A DNA stretch of 64,000 nucleotides from Octopus vulgaris. Lineage: Eukaryota. The position numbers and the translations under genes were made by a program. Positions 35,139-47,745 of this stretch are shown piece by piece (positions within the stretch are counted from its first letter, which is position 1; every line of letters starts with the position of its first letter). The notes beneath the pieces were generated by a model that worked only from the letters and a program-made list of their open reading frames with translations, was not told where the DNA came from and did not search any database. The stretch spans positions 57,846,001 to 57,910,000 of the forward strand of contig OX597817.1 of NCBI GenBank assembly GCA_951406725.2. Reading direction: 5' to 3'.

Positions 35139-37379
35139 CAGAGGTGTATGGTGACAGTTGTCACAGATTGTGCTACTATGCTAAACCAGTTCCAATGCTA
35201 GAAGTTTTATTCAAAAATAACCATACAACTTTAAGCTATTTCTATACACAACCTCAACTTGACTTAAAATAAATTTCCTTCTGAGTATGTATAATTAGAT
35301 TTCGTAACAGCTTACGACCAGATTATATGATATTACAACAATGGAATTATTAGAAAGAAAATTTACCATTTTGATGGGTGGGCAATATTATTTTAGCACA
35401 CCCAGACTATATATATATATACATACATGTTTGATATATAAAACAAAGACCTGATTGTTTTTAGTTTCTTGAAAGTATTTCTCCTTCCTAATCTCTGGGT
35501 TCCTAACAAGTTACCATTAAAGCTCTTACTTTCCTTCTCTGACCATTGAGGGGGTGAAATTCCAATGAATTAGGAATTTACCATGTACAGCACTCAGCAG
35601 ACATTGACTATCAAAAAGCTGTGAAGTAAGAAGTTTGCTTCCAATCTCATGACTCCGGGTTCAGTCCCACTGCATATTTCCTTGGGCAAGTGTTTTCTTG
35701 TGTGCGCGTGTGTGTGTTACATCATTGCTTGGTAACCGGTGTTGGTGTGTTTACATCCCTGTAATTTAGCTGTTCGGCAAAAAGAGGCCAACAAGCTTTA
35801 AAAAAAATAAAACCAAGTACTGGCGTCAACTCATTCAGCTAATGTTCTTCAAGGCATGGCAGTGTGGTTAAGAAGCTGATTTCAGGTTCAATTCCACTGC
35901 ACAGCACCTTGGGAAAATCTCTTCTACTACAGCCCTGGGCTAACCAATGCCTAGGGAGTGAATTTGGTAAACAGAAACTGTATGGAAGCCCAGCTTATAT
36001 ACATGCAAGTGCATGTCCTCCTGCCACTGTTCAATAACCTATGTTGGTTTGTTTATATCCCTGTAACTTAGTAGTTCAGCAAAAATGAACTGATAGAATA
36101 AGTACCAGACTTGAAAATGCAAGTACTGGGGTTCATTTGTTCATCTTAAACCCTTTGAGGCAGTGCTCCAGCATGGCCCAGTTCAATGACTGATACCAGT
36201 TAAAGATAAACGTATGCTTGTACAGAAAGTTACCAACACCTGACGTCAGATCAGCAACAACAACAGCAATTGCTCAGCCTGGAAGAAATAATAGTCAAAT
36301 TCTCTACAAATTACTACAGCCTGCTATCTTAATAAAGTGAGGAATGCTGGATAATGCAGTCCTAGGTAGACTATGCCAGAGAGAAGAGAGGGGCTGGTCA
36401 TGGCTAGAATGTCTGCTCATTTGGTCTGCTATGTCAAGGCTGGTTTGGGGCTAAACAACAGTCACAAATGGTTGATAATTCTTTCCGATCTTTTCTACTC
36501 TAGGAACAAGGCCCGAAAGTTTTGGGGAGGGGGCCAGTTGATTAGATCGACTCCAGTACACAACTGGTACTTAATTTATCGACCTTGAAAGGAGGAAAGG
36601 TAAAGTTGACCTCGGCAGAATTTGAACTCAGAACATAACAGCAGATGAAATACCTATTTCTTTACTACCCACAAGGGGCTAAACACAGAGAGGACAAACA
36701 AGGACAGACAGACGGATTAAGTCGATTATATCAACCCCAGTGCGTAACTGGTACTTATTTAATCGACCCCGAAAGGATGAAAGGCAAAGTTGACCTCGGC
36801 GGAATTTGAACTCAGAATGTAACGGCAGACGAAATACCGCTAAGCATTTCGTCCGGCATGCTAACGATTCTGCTAGCTCACTGCCTATAATTCTTTCCAA
36901 TCTTGGCACAAAGCTGACAATTTTGAGGAGAACTGGCAGGCTGGGCACACTGACTCCAGTGCGTAACTGGTACTTATTTTATTGACTATGAAAGGATGAA
37001 AAGCAAAGCCAATCTTGGTGGAATTTGAACTCAGAACAAAAAGAGTGAAGAAAGGTTGCTAAGCATTTCACCCGCCAGCTCACAGCCTTCAAAATGTTTA
37101 TCAACAACAGTCAAGATATTTGTTATCTCTCTAATGTTTCCAAACTTACATGCGCATACACTCCACTTTCCCTACCCCTGGGTGGATGGAGTAGGGGTTT
37201 CGAGGTTTAGGGTAGGAAGAACAGAATGTATAAGTAACTGACATATTGGTGATGGGCAGAAGCTGATGGGGGAGGGGTGCAATAAAGAGGGAGGGACAGA
37301 GGGTGGTGGGTGTCAGAACTAAAAAAATGATGAAAGGTGGTGGGAGCAGAACGGGGGTGGGGAACTAGAGGAGGTGGAG

Positions 37380-37410
<31 letters not shown>

Positions 37411-38522
37411 ATGGTTTATATAAACATATCACAGATTTATAATGCTCTGGGTGTATGAAAGATGGAGCAGAAATGAGCTGGGTAGAAACTGGGTAGGAGA
37501 GGAATTAGATGTGTGACAGAGAAAAGGCTGCATTGATAGGGGACAGCTGGGTAAAGAAGTGCCAAGAGATCCATGAGAAGAGAACTTGCTGAAGAGAAGG
37601 TTAAGCTAGCCATGGGAAGGATGGTGAAGGCCGACCTTATAAGGGGAACTTTAAGAAAGAGGGGACAGGTTGCAACAAGTGGTCGGACACTGTGCTGGAA
37701 TCCATATTTTACTCTTTTACTTGTTTTGGTGATTTGATTGTGGCCATGCTGGAGCACTGCCTATAGTCGAGCAAATCGACCTTAGGACTTATTCTTTGTA
37801 AGCCTAGTACTTATTCTATCAGTCTCATTTTGCTGAGCCGCTAAGTTACAGGGGACGTAAATACACTAACATTAGTTGTCAAGTTATGGTGGTGGTGGGG
37901 GACAAACAGACACACATTATAAATATATATATATATATATATATGTATAATGGGCTTCTTTCAGTTTCCATCTACCAAATCCACTCACAAGGCTTTGATT
38001 GGCCTGAGGCTATAGTAGAAGACATTTTGCCCAAGGTGCCACGCAGTGCAACTGGAATATTATGATTATGATGATGATATTACTGTAAAATAAGGGAATG
38101 TAACAAACGATAGCACAAGCTACAGGGCCTCTCAGATTTAAGAGGACAAGCTAGGGTACCAGTCTCGGTTTTAAGACGACAAACTGGCGGCCTCCTCACA
38201 CTTTTTAAAGTACTTCATAAAACAGCACGTGTTCATCTATATACATCTAGCATATGTGTACAAATCTACTACACATGTGTATATATATATCTAGAACATG
38301 TGTACATACAACATATCTACACACAACTTTTACAGCTTATGTGTATATATCTATACACACACAAACACACACATTTATCTTCCTATCAATCTATCTTCCA
38401 ACTTGTTTATTATATATTCCGTATGTGTGTTTATATGTACTTTTACAGGTGGCTATACATCACTCATCACCATCGACATGATGGTGGTTGATGATTTAGT
38501 AACAGTAACACTATATATTTGA

Positions 38523-38605
38523 CTCAAGGGCCTAGAGTTTCGTGCCAAAGCATACCTGTTAAGAGTTTGACAAGTGTTTTTTGCATGAAACCCTAGGCTC
38601 TTGAG
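38523..38605 (+). other. 83-nt imperfect hairpin, unique in window
   Basis: CTCAAGGGCCTAGAGTTTCGTGC pairs with GCATGAAACCCTAGGCTCTTGAG and pairing continues to a short loop. Several G-U pairs on the + strand. Confidence 0.7.
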
Positions 38606-38964
38606 ATACTCATATAGCTGTGAAGATACCTCCGAAGATACCTCTGAAAGGTGGGGGCTCCGCCATGTTAAAATGGTAGAGGATTAGGGGCCGAAACCAG
38701 ACATGGTTCCTCATGAGGATGTCTTGAGAGAACTGGATCCTATAAAGGAGCTGTTGTGGTAGCAGACCACGAAACACGGTTGAAATTCCTTCCTGTCCAA
38801 TCCATGGACAATGGACGATAAATCACACACACACACAAAGTGAGGGGACAAATGAATGAAAAGAGCACTCAACACATTCAGGAGGAGTTACGCGTATTAT
38901 TTAAAACAGTTTGATTTAGTTCTAAGTGACTTACAGTTTCACCGGCTTCTGACCTGTGAAAATC

Positions 38965-39196
38965 TAATCCTTTCATTACCGTATTTCTGTCGAGATGCTC
39001 TGTCAGATTTCTTTCAATAAATTTTAAAGATAACAAAGAATTTTGTAAAACAACTTGGTTATCATTAAGTTAGTGTTAGGAGCATAAATTGTGACTAAGG
39101 TTTGGTGGAAGATTTTAATTCAATACTTATGAAAACAAGCCATTTGTACTACAGAGCCAGAGGTAGTTTCAGCCGGGTTGGTAACAAAAGGGTTAA
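38965..39196. mobile_element. piggyBac-like MITE
   Basis: Ends TAATCCTTTCATTACC and GGTAACAAAAGGGTTAA. Inverted copy at 45547-45774. Confidence 0.7.
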
Positions 39197-39544
39197 GTTG
39201 CAGGAATCCGAACTGCACTGTTTTAAATAACACACACACACACAAAAGTGCCAATACATATCCATCTGTAGACAACATCTATAAACAAACATTATGCCAC
39301 GCAAAAATGCTTTTGTTTAGATATAAACCAAAATAGACTTCCACTATTTTATCTCAGCATCTGAGGAAGGACAGATGAGTATCTGGTAAGGTGGGTTTTG
39401 AATACACAAAGAAACTGGTTGGTTTGATCCACATCCCAAGAGACTGCAAAGGTGCCTGTGGGCCTACGCTGAATTTCCTAGCATAAATAAAGACATATGG
39501 ATAGCATTGTGTGTGTGTGTAAGTAGTAGAGGTGGAGCGTAGCT

Positions 39545-39900
39545 GTGAGAAAAAGATTAGACTGGGCAAAGTTCAGAGAGCTTCTACCTCTGTTGGCAAC
39601 AAAGGGTCTCTCCCTCAGAGTGAAAGGCAGATTGTATGATGCCTGTGTGTGAACAACTACGCTACGCAGCAGTGAAACAAGGGCTGTGACAGCCGAGGAC
39701 ATGTGTAGGCTTGAAAGATTTAAAGCCAGCATGCTTCACTGGATGTGCAATGTCAGTGTGCATGTTTGACAGAGTGTAAGCATCTTGAGAGAAAAATCGG
39801 GCATAAAAGGCGTCCATAAAAGGTGCAAGAGAGATGACTGTGCTGGTATGGTCATGTGACTCATGGACGAGGACAGCTTTCTGATCCCTAACTGTATGAG
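39545..39900 (+). mobile_element. RTE LINE fragment
   Basis: WAKFRELLPLLATKGLSLRVKGRLYDACV*...SETRAVTAEDMCRLER...SMLHWMCNVSV...SILREK. Confidence 0.85.
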
Positions 39901-42627
39901 ACTTTGAAAATAATAATTCCTGAGATCGATTTGTTTGCCCAAATCCTTCAAGGCAGTGCAGCCAGCATGGCTGCTGTCCAATGACTGAAGCACGCACACA
40001 GACATTGCATGTAGTGAGAAGGAGAGATTATGAGTATCCGTGGTAACAGGATGTGTAGAGCCATGTGGTTTCAACTGCAGATCAGCTCACAGTATTCCAG
40101 CCATGACCATTGTCAGTTTAGTGTGGGGGCGGGGAGACCACATTAGTTATTCAATGAGTTCTTTCCTTACTTGAGACATTAGAGTGTGATTTGAGAGAAG
40201 GTTGGCTGCTATTTCTAGCAGGTCAAATGGACACATAAGAGCTAACTGGTGATGGTGATGTTAGTCATGATGATGATGATGGTGATGGTAATTTTGATGA
40301 TGCTGAATAGAACAGAGTTTCAATTGGAAAGATTCCACAGTTGTGAGTCAGTGGAAAAAGATTAATTGTTGGAGAGAGAGAGAGAGATAAATAGGGAGGG
40401 AGAGAGAAATAAGTAAATAAAGAGGAAGAGAAAGTGAAACTGAAAATGGTATAGAGAGATAATGAGGTGTAGGGAGAGAGAAGGAGATAATGACAGTAAA
40501 GAGGGAGAGATAGAGGAAGACTGTGAGCGGTATAGAGGGGAGAGAATGCGTGTGAGAGAAGTAGAGAAGGGGAGAGAGAAAGAGTGGGACTGAAAGAGAG
40601 AGAGAGAGGGCGAGTGGGGGAGAGGAGAGGCTGGGGAAGGGGGGAATTATTGTAGTATTTCTTCCTTTTGGTTGATACAAAGAAGGGAGCCGCATGGATT
40701 GTGGGAGTGAGTGACACATTGAGGTTGTCTGTTAGGTTATCTTTGAGATAATTTTGTCAAAGCATCACCAAGTTTTGTATATTGGTGGTGGGTGTGGCTC
40801 CTCCGACTCACTGATAACAACTACAACCCCCCTCCCCTGTGTAACTTGCAAGGGTACAATTCTGCCTGGCTGTCTTTTGTAGCTTCATGGTGAGAAATAC
40901 AAGAAAGAGCCAAGCACTGCCAAAGTTTAATTTCAATATTTTGAGTTGGCGAGCTGGCAGAAACATTAGCACACCGGGTGAAATGCTTAGCAGTATTTTG
41001 TCTGCTGTTACGTTCTGAGTTCAAATTTCGCTGAGGTCGACTTTGCCTTTCATCCTTTCAGGGTCGATAAAGTACCAGTTGCGTACTGAAGGCGATCTAA
41101 TCAACTGGTCCCCTCCCCAAACATTTTGGGCCTTGTGCCTAGAGTAGAAAAAAATATTTTGAGAGAGAGAGAGAGAGAAATAGGAATCTTACTCATACCA
41201 ATCATTAAACTGTGGTCATGCTGGAGCACAGCCTTAAAGGGTTTAGTTAAACAAATCAAATCCAGTACTTTTTCTTTTTGTCAAGCCTGGCAGTTATGTC
41301 ATTGGTCTCTTCTCTTTTACCGAACCGTTCTGTTAGGTTACAGAGATATAAATAAACCAACACCAATTATTAAGCACTTTGGGAAACACACCCAAACATA
41401 TATTTGTATACACACACACTAACTAATGAATAATGCAAATGAGTGCTCAACACCACAATATCATTATTGTTTAACATCCACCTTCCATGCTGGCATGGGT
41501 TGGACAGTTGGACAAGAGCTGGCCAGGTAAACGACTACACTAGTCATTGTTTTGTACAGGTAAATATTCATTATTTGTTGGTTTACAAGACTAGCATTGA
41601 GTTCATGCTAAAAATTCTCAGCAATTATCAAACCTGTCACAGGGGATGTTGGTAGTCAACATCAGACTAACACACACTCAAATAAGCTTCCAACAGTTAC
41701 CAGCTACCAAATTCAATCATGAGGTCTGTAGTGTGACGCCAAGGTACTGAAGCTAAGACTGCATGGTTGCAAAGCAAGCTTCTTTAACCACTCAGCTATA
41801 CCTGAGTACAAGGCGAGCAGTTTTTGAGGGGAAGGGCTTATCACTTCCAGAATGGTAAAAGATAAAGCATGCAACAGTAATCTGCCGTTCAGCTTTAAAG
41901 AGTGAAATCTTTTGAATAGTGGCAACATAAAACTTGGAATAAATAAACTGAAAACCCACTCTTTTTTCCTGCTGATGTTGCTATATTTAACTTTACATCA
42001 CCTACGGAGTACCATCTTTCATTCAGATCAATGAGGGTGCACATGTGCAAACACATACATGTGTGTGTGCATATATATACACACACACATATAGTTTGTG
42101 TGTGTGTTTGCTCCTCCACTCCACCACTAGACAACTGATGTCGGTCTGTTTATGTCCCCCCATAACTTAGTAGTTTGGCAAAAAATGCCAACAGAATAAG
42201 TACCACGCTCAGAAAAAATATTAGGGTCTATTTGTTTGACAAAAATTAAGATGGTGCACCAGCATGGCCACAATCTGACTTATTTGTTTCAGTCATTTGA
42301 ATGCGGCCATGCTGGAGTACTTGTCTTTAGTTGAACAAATTGGCCCCAGGACTTAGTTTTTGTAAGCCTAGTACTTATTTTATCTGTCACTTTTTGCTGA
42401 ACAACTAAGTTACGGGGATGTAAACACACCAACATCAGTTGTCAAGTGATGGAAGGGAGAGAAACACAAACACACACGTACATACATACATATATATGTA
42501 TATGACAGGCTTCTTTTAGTTTCCGTCTACCAAATCCACTCAGAAGGCTTTGGTTGGCCCGAGGCTAAAGTAGAAGACACTTGCCCAAGGTGCCACGCAA
42601 GCCACTTACCACACAGCCACTCCTGTG

Positions 42628-42672
<45 letters not shown>

Positions 42673-45546
42673 CACACACACTATTAAGCAACTTCACTGC
42701 ACATCGGTGCACATTTGCATGAATATGTGAGTGCATATTTGTAGATATTCATCTGTTTCCTATGTGTGTGTGCGTGTGTGTGTCTGTCTGTCTGTCTATC
42801 TACCTCTCTATCGAAACCAGCTAAATGACAAGAGCCCATCATTGTCAGGAGTGGTTAATGAGATATACAGAGAGAGAGAGAGATGCGATGACTGGGGTAG
42901 ATTGATGATGTCAGTGAGTCAGAGGAGGGTGGTGAAGGTGGCGGGGGGGGGGGGGGTAGCGAGTGTAGTGAACTGTGGATCAGGTTTGATCCATCATCCG
43001 TCCTTTCCATCTCTAGGCAAGCAGAAGAAATAACTTGATCTGGTTTAAGGATGGTTGATTTAAACCAGTGAAGCATTACTGGACAGACAGACTGTGACAA
43101 ACAGATTGTGAGTGTACATATGTGTGAAAATATACATTTACATACATAATATACATACACACACACACAAGCATAATATACACATACATATGCGTAATAT
43201 ATAGGTGCAGGTGCGGCTGTGTGGTAAGAAGCTTGCTTCCCAACCATATAGTTCTGGGTTCAGTCCCATTGCGGGGCATCATGAGCAAGTGCTTTCTACT
43301 ACCAAAGCCTTGTGAGTAGATTTGGTAGACAGAAACTGAAAGAAGCCCTGCATGTGTGTGTGTATCTATATACACACATGCATACGCGTGTGTCTGTCCC
43401 CTTCCACTACTTGACAACTAGTGTTGGTTTGTTTATGTCTCTGTAACTTAGCAGTCCAGCAAAAGACTGATAAAATATGTACCTGGCTTAAAAAAAAAAA
43501 TCTAGGGTCAGTTTGTTTGACTAAAAATTAGGGTTAATGACTCAAACAAGGAAAAGATATATAATATACATATATGCATATACATACATTGTGTGTATAT
43601 AGATATTCTTTATTCTTTTATTTGTTTTCAGTCATTTGACTGTGGCCATGCTGGGGCATTGCCTTTAGTCACATTTATTCTTTGCAAGCCTAGTGCTTAT
43701 TCTGTCGGTCTCTTTTGCTGAACTGCTAGGTTACAGGGATACACTAATACACAGATACACTAATACACACACACATATACATATATATATATGACAGGAT
43801 TCTTTCAGTTTCCGTCTACCAAATCCACTCACAAGGCTTTGGTCGGCCCATGGCTATACTAAAAGACACTTGCCTGAGGTGCCATGCAGTGGGACTGAAC
43901 CCTGAACCAACCATGTGGTTGGTAAGAAAGCTACATACCACACAGCCACTCCTGCATTTTGGGACAGGACATCTACTTCTCAGAGTCAAACATTGTGATT
44001 AAGTGATGGAGGTTGACTGAGAGATGATACCAAGAAAGAGTAGTTGCAGTGGGTAAGGACCTTCTTCTTATACTCAAGCCCTTAATCCCATCTCCCCCTT
44101 AACTCTCACTTCCTGCTCACAGACATACAGTTACCATTCCTGAAACTAACCTTTCCGCATTCAGATTCTTCTGTCAAATGTAAATCCTAGTTTTTTGACA
44201 TTGTTTTAAATTAATCACGCATTATCTTGTTAACTTTGAGATTTCAACGATGTGATGATATATATATATATATATATAACATTTTGGAACAGGGCATCTA
44301 CTTCTCAAAGCCAAACATTTTGATTAAGTGATGGAGGTTGACAGAGATAATACCAAGAGAATATTTGGGTTGGATATGGCTGGTTTAATAGTTAAAAAGT
44401 TAAAGGATGCCGAATGAAACTCATCACATCACCTACAGGCTGCAGAAGTAAATCTATTTAATTGAAATGGTTGATCAACGACATTAGGGTAACATAGCCA
44501 CAAGATGGTACTTAGAAGGGAATGGGCTATATGGATATGGGGTTATTTAGGGGAGCTTAACATGTGGAATAACTATGAAATGCAATACAATACTTACTGA
44601 AATATATATATAGCGGATGGTGTTAGGAAGGGCATCCAACCGTAAAATCCCTGCCAAAACAGACACAGTAGCCCAGGGTAGTTTTTCTGCCTGGCTGGCT
44701 CCTGTCACCAGTCCTACCCATGCATGCATGGAAGATGGACATATGATGATGATGATGATATACATACACAGGTGTTGTGGCTACATGGTTAACAAGCTAG
44801 TTTTCTACCTACATGGTTTCAAGTTCAATGCCACTGAGTGGCACTATGGGCAAGTGTTTTCAACTATAACCATAAGCCAATCAGAACCAAAGGAGTGGAT
44901 TTCATAAACAAAAATTGTGTGGAAGCCTGTCATATAGAAATATATCTGTGTGTGTGTGTGTGTGCCATCCCTCCACTGTATGACATGTAGTGTTGGTTTG
45001 TTAGCATCCCTGTAACAAAAGAGACTGATAAAGTAAGTACCAGTCTTTAAAAAGAAAAAAAGGTCCTCGGATGATTGGTTTGACTAAAGGCTCCAAAGCA
45101 GGGCCCCATTGTGGTTGTAGACTTATGACTAAAACAAGCAAGGCTGAGACGTGTCAAATAGTGCAGAAAGAACTTGACATAAAATAAGAAAAAAACAAAA
45201 ACAACAACAACAAATCTAGTTGTTGACTAATAATCTATTTTTTCTCAGCAAAAATCTATTTTATTTCAATGGATTTTCAATGCTCTGTTTAGTAAATATG
45301 TTGACACTAAAACCTACATAGAAATTCTATACTGAGGAGCCTCTACAGTGTTGTTTGAACTGCTAGAAGTAACAACCAAATCTCACTCAAATTGCAACTT
45401 ACTCTCTTGCAAAGGAAGAGAAACGTTGCATAATGTAGTTCAAGATATGCAATGGCCAAGAAAATGATGAGAGGGTCATGGCAGAAATAGCTTTGGTAAG
45501 ATGTCTGTTTAAAGTGGTGGGGGTTGACCTGTAGATTCCAAAGAAT

Positions 45547-45774
45547 TTAACCTTTTCATTACCAACTCGCCTGAAACCGTTTCTGGCTCTGAGTACAAAT
45601 GTCTTGTTTTCATAAGTTTTGAATTAAAATCTTCCGCCAAACCTTAGTCAAAATTTATGTTCCTAACACCAGCTTAATGATAGCCAAGTTATTTTACTAA
45701 ATTCTTAGTTATATTTAAAGTAATTGAAAGAAACACAGAACATCTCAACAGAAATACAGTAACGAATGGGTTAG
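45547..45774. mobile_element. piggyBac-like MITE
   Basis: TTAACCTTTTCATTACC...GTAACGAATGGGTTAG. Reverse complement of the 38965-39196 element. Confidence 0.7.
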
Positions 45775-47214
45775 GCTCTCTTGCATGTATGAAGATCTAC
45801 CAGGAAATGGTGGTAGTAGTCAGAGGAAGGGTCTTCTACAAAGAAGCAGGAGGTATGAGTCTTACATTAATTGGTGGGATGGGCAGGGATGGGTGGCTGA
45901 AGACCTCAGGATTGACAACAACCCTAACTACCCTTGTGCAATACTGCCTCAAGTCCTAGGACTCACAGGACCACTTGCCAGGTTTCCATGGCATACACGT
46001 GACTGAGATCATAACATCTCCCCTGAAGGGGACACTAAGATAACACGGAGTCACTCATTTGTAGCTGAGTGGACTCCAGCAGAGTGAAATAAAGTGTCTT
46101 GCTCAAGAACTTCATGCACAGCCTGGTCTGGAATTGAAACCACAATCTGGCAGCTGTGAGTGTAAGACCCCAAACCACCAGGCTGCTTGTTTTCTTAATC
46201 TACCCCTTAGGGTTACAGTAAAAATACCATTGTGGACCTATGTTTTACTTGTTTCAGTCATTGGACTATGGCCACGCTGGGGCACTGCCTTGAAGAATTT
46301 TAGTCAAACAAATCAATCTCAATTCTTATTTTTTTTAAAGCCCAGTATTTGTTCTGTCGATCTCTTTTGCTAAACTGCTAAGTTAGGACAATGTAAACAC
46401 ACCAATACCAGTGGTCAAGCAGTGGTGGGAGACAAACAAAGACACACACGACAGGCTTCTTTCAGTTTCCATCTACCAAATCCACTCACATGGCTTTGGT
46501 CAGCCTGAAGCTATAGAAGAAGACACTTGCCCAAGGTGCCACACAGTGGGAATGAACCCAGAACCATGTGGTTGGGAAGCAAGCTTCTTGTCACACAGCC
46601 ATGCCTGCAGATTCTATGCCACACATCCCTCTCTGGCATTCCATACCATTGGTGGACGAATCATAGTTGAGTGGTTAACAAGTCCACTTCACAAACACAA
46701 GGTCTTAGGTTTGATCCCATTGCATAGCATCTAGGGCAAGTATCTTTTACCATTGCCTCAGGCACATCCAACTCTTGTGAATGAGAATGGATGGATGGAA
46801 ACTGTGCAGAAGCCCATCACATGGATTGTGCCTGTAATTCATTCTACTTGAGGGTAATGCTAAGGGTACACATGCCTGTGGAATACTAAGCCACTTGCAT
46901 GTTAATTCAGTTGATTGCAAAACTGAATCCTTATTGTTGAAACTGACAGAGATCCACTGATATTGCTGTACATGATGGGACTCCCTCCCAGGGGCTGAAC
47001 TCAGTGGTGAGACTGTATACGTACAATCAACAAACTGAGCACCTGGAAGAAAAGAGAGGAGAGGGACTTCAGGAATATAGTCTCTGCAGACAGGGTATGT
47101 TGTGAGGAAGGTCTAAGGACAATTTGCAAGGAGTAACTGATTAGCTCTAAATAAACAATCTGATTCCATTGGTTATATCAGAATTGTACCTGTGCTAATT
47201 TTCCTGGCTGTAAG

Positions 47215-47745
47215 AGTGTTCTCATGTTCCAGCATCCAAATCTACAAACCAATATGGAAAACCATCAATACTCGGCAAGATTTCCAAAATAGAATTTTAC
47301 AAAAGCTACATACTTAGCATATTCCTCTATGGATCCGAATGTTGGAAAACAACCAAAAGTACTGTAAAGAAATTGGAGGTGTTTCAAAATAAATGCTGAT
47401 GAAAAATTTTGAAGGTCTACTGGTCAAATTATGATCTGGAATGGCCAACTACGCACCAAGGTTAATGTGAAACCAATAAGAGAAACTGTTGAAGAAAGGA
47501 GATGGAAATGGCTGGGTCGAGTTTGTCGTTATAAACCAAGTTCACTTGTTAGGATTGCTTTGCAAAGGGTTCCACGAGGTAAAAGAAGATGGTGACCAAC
47601 CAAAGGAAACGTGGTGGAGAACAATAACAAAACATCTTAAAAGCAGAGGGTTAACAATGGAATAAGCTGTCAGTGTTCGAAGGTGGAATGATCTTGTTGT
47701 TGCCTCAAGTGCCACAAGGCACAACGAGAACCGAATGAGTGAATA
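47215..47745 (+). mobile_element. RTE-clade LINE 3' fragment
   Basis: SIFLYGSECWKTTKSTVKKLEVFQNKC*...EERRWKWLGRVCR...PRGKRR...PKETWWRTI, with stops and frameshifts. Confidence 0.88.
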
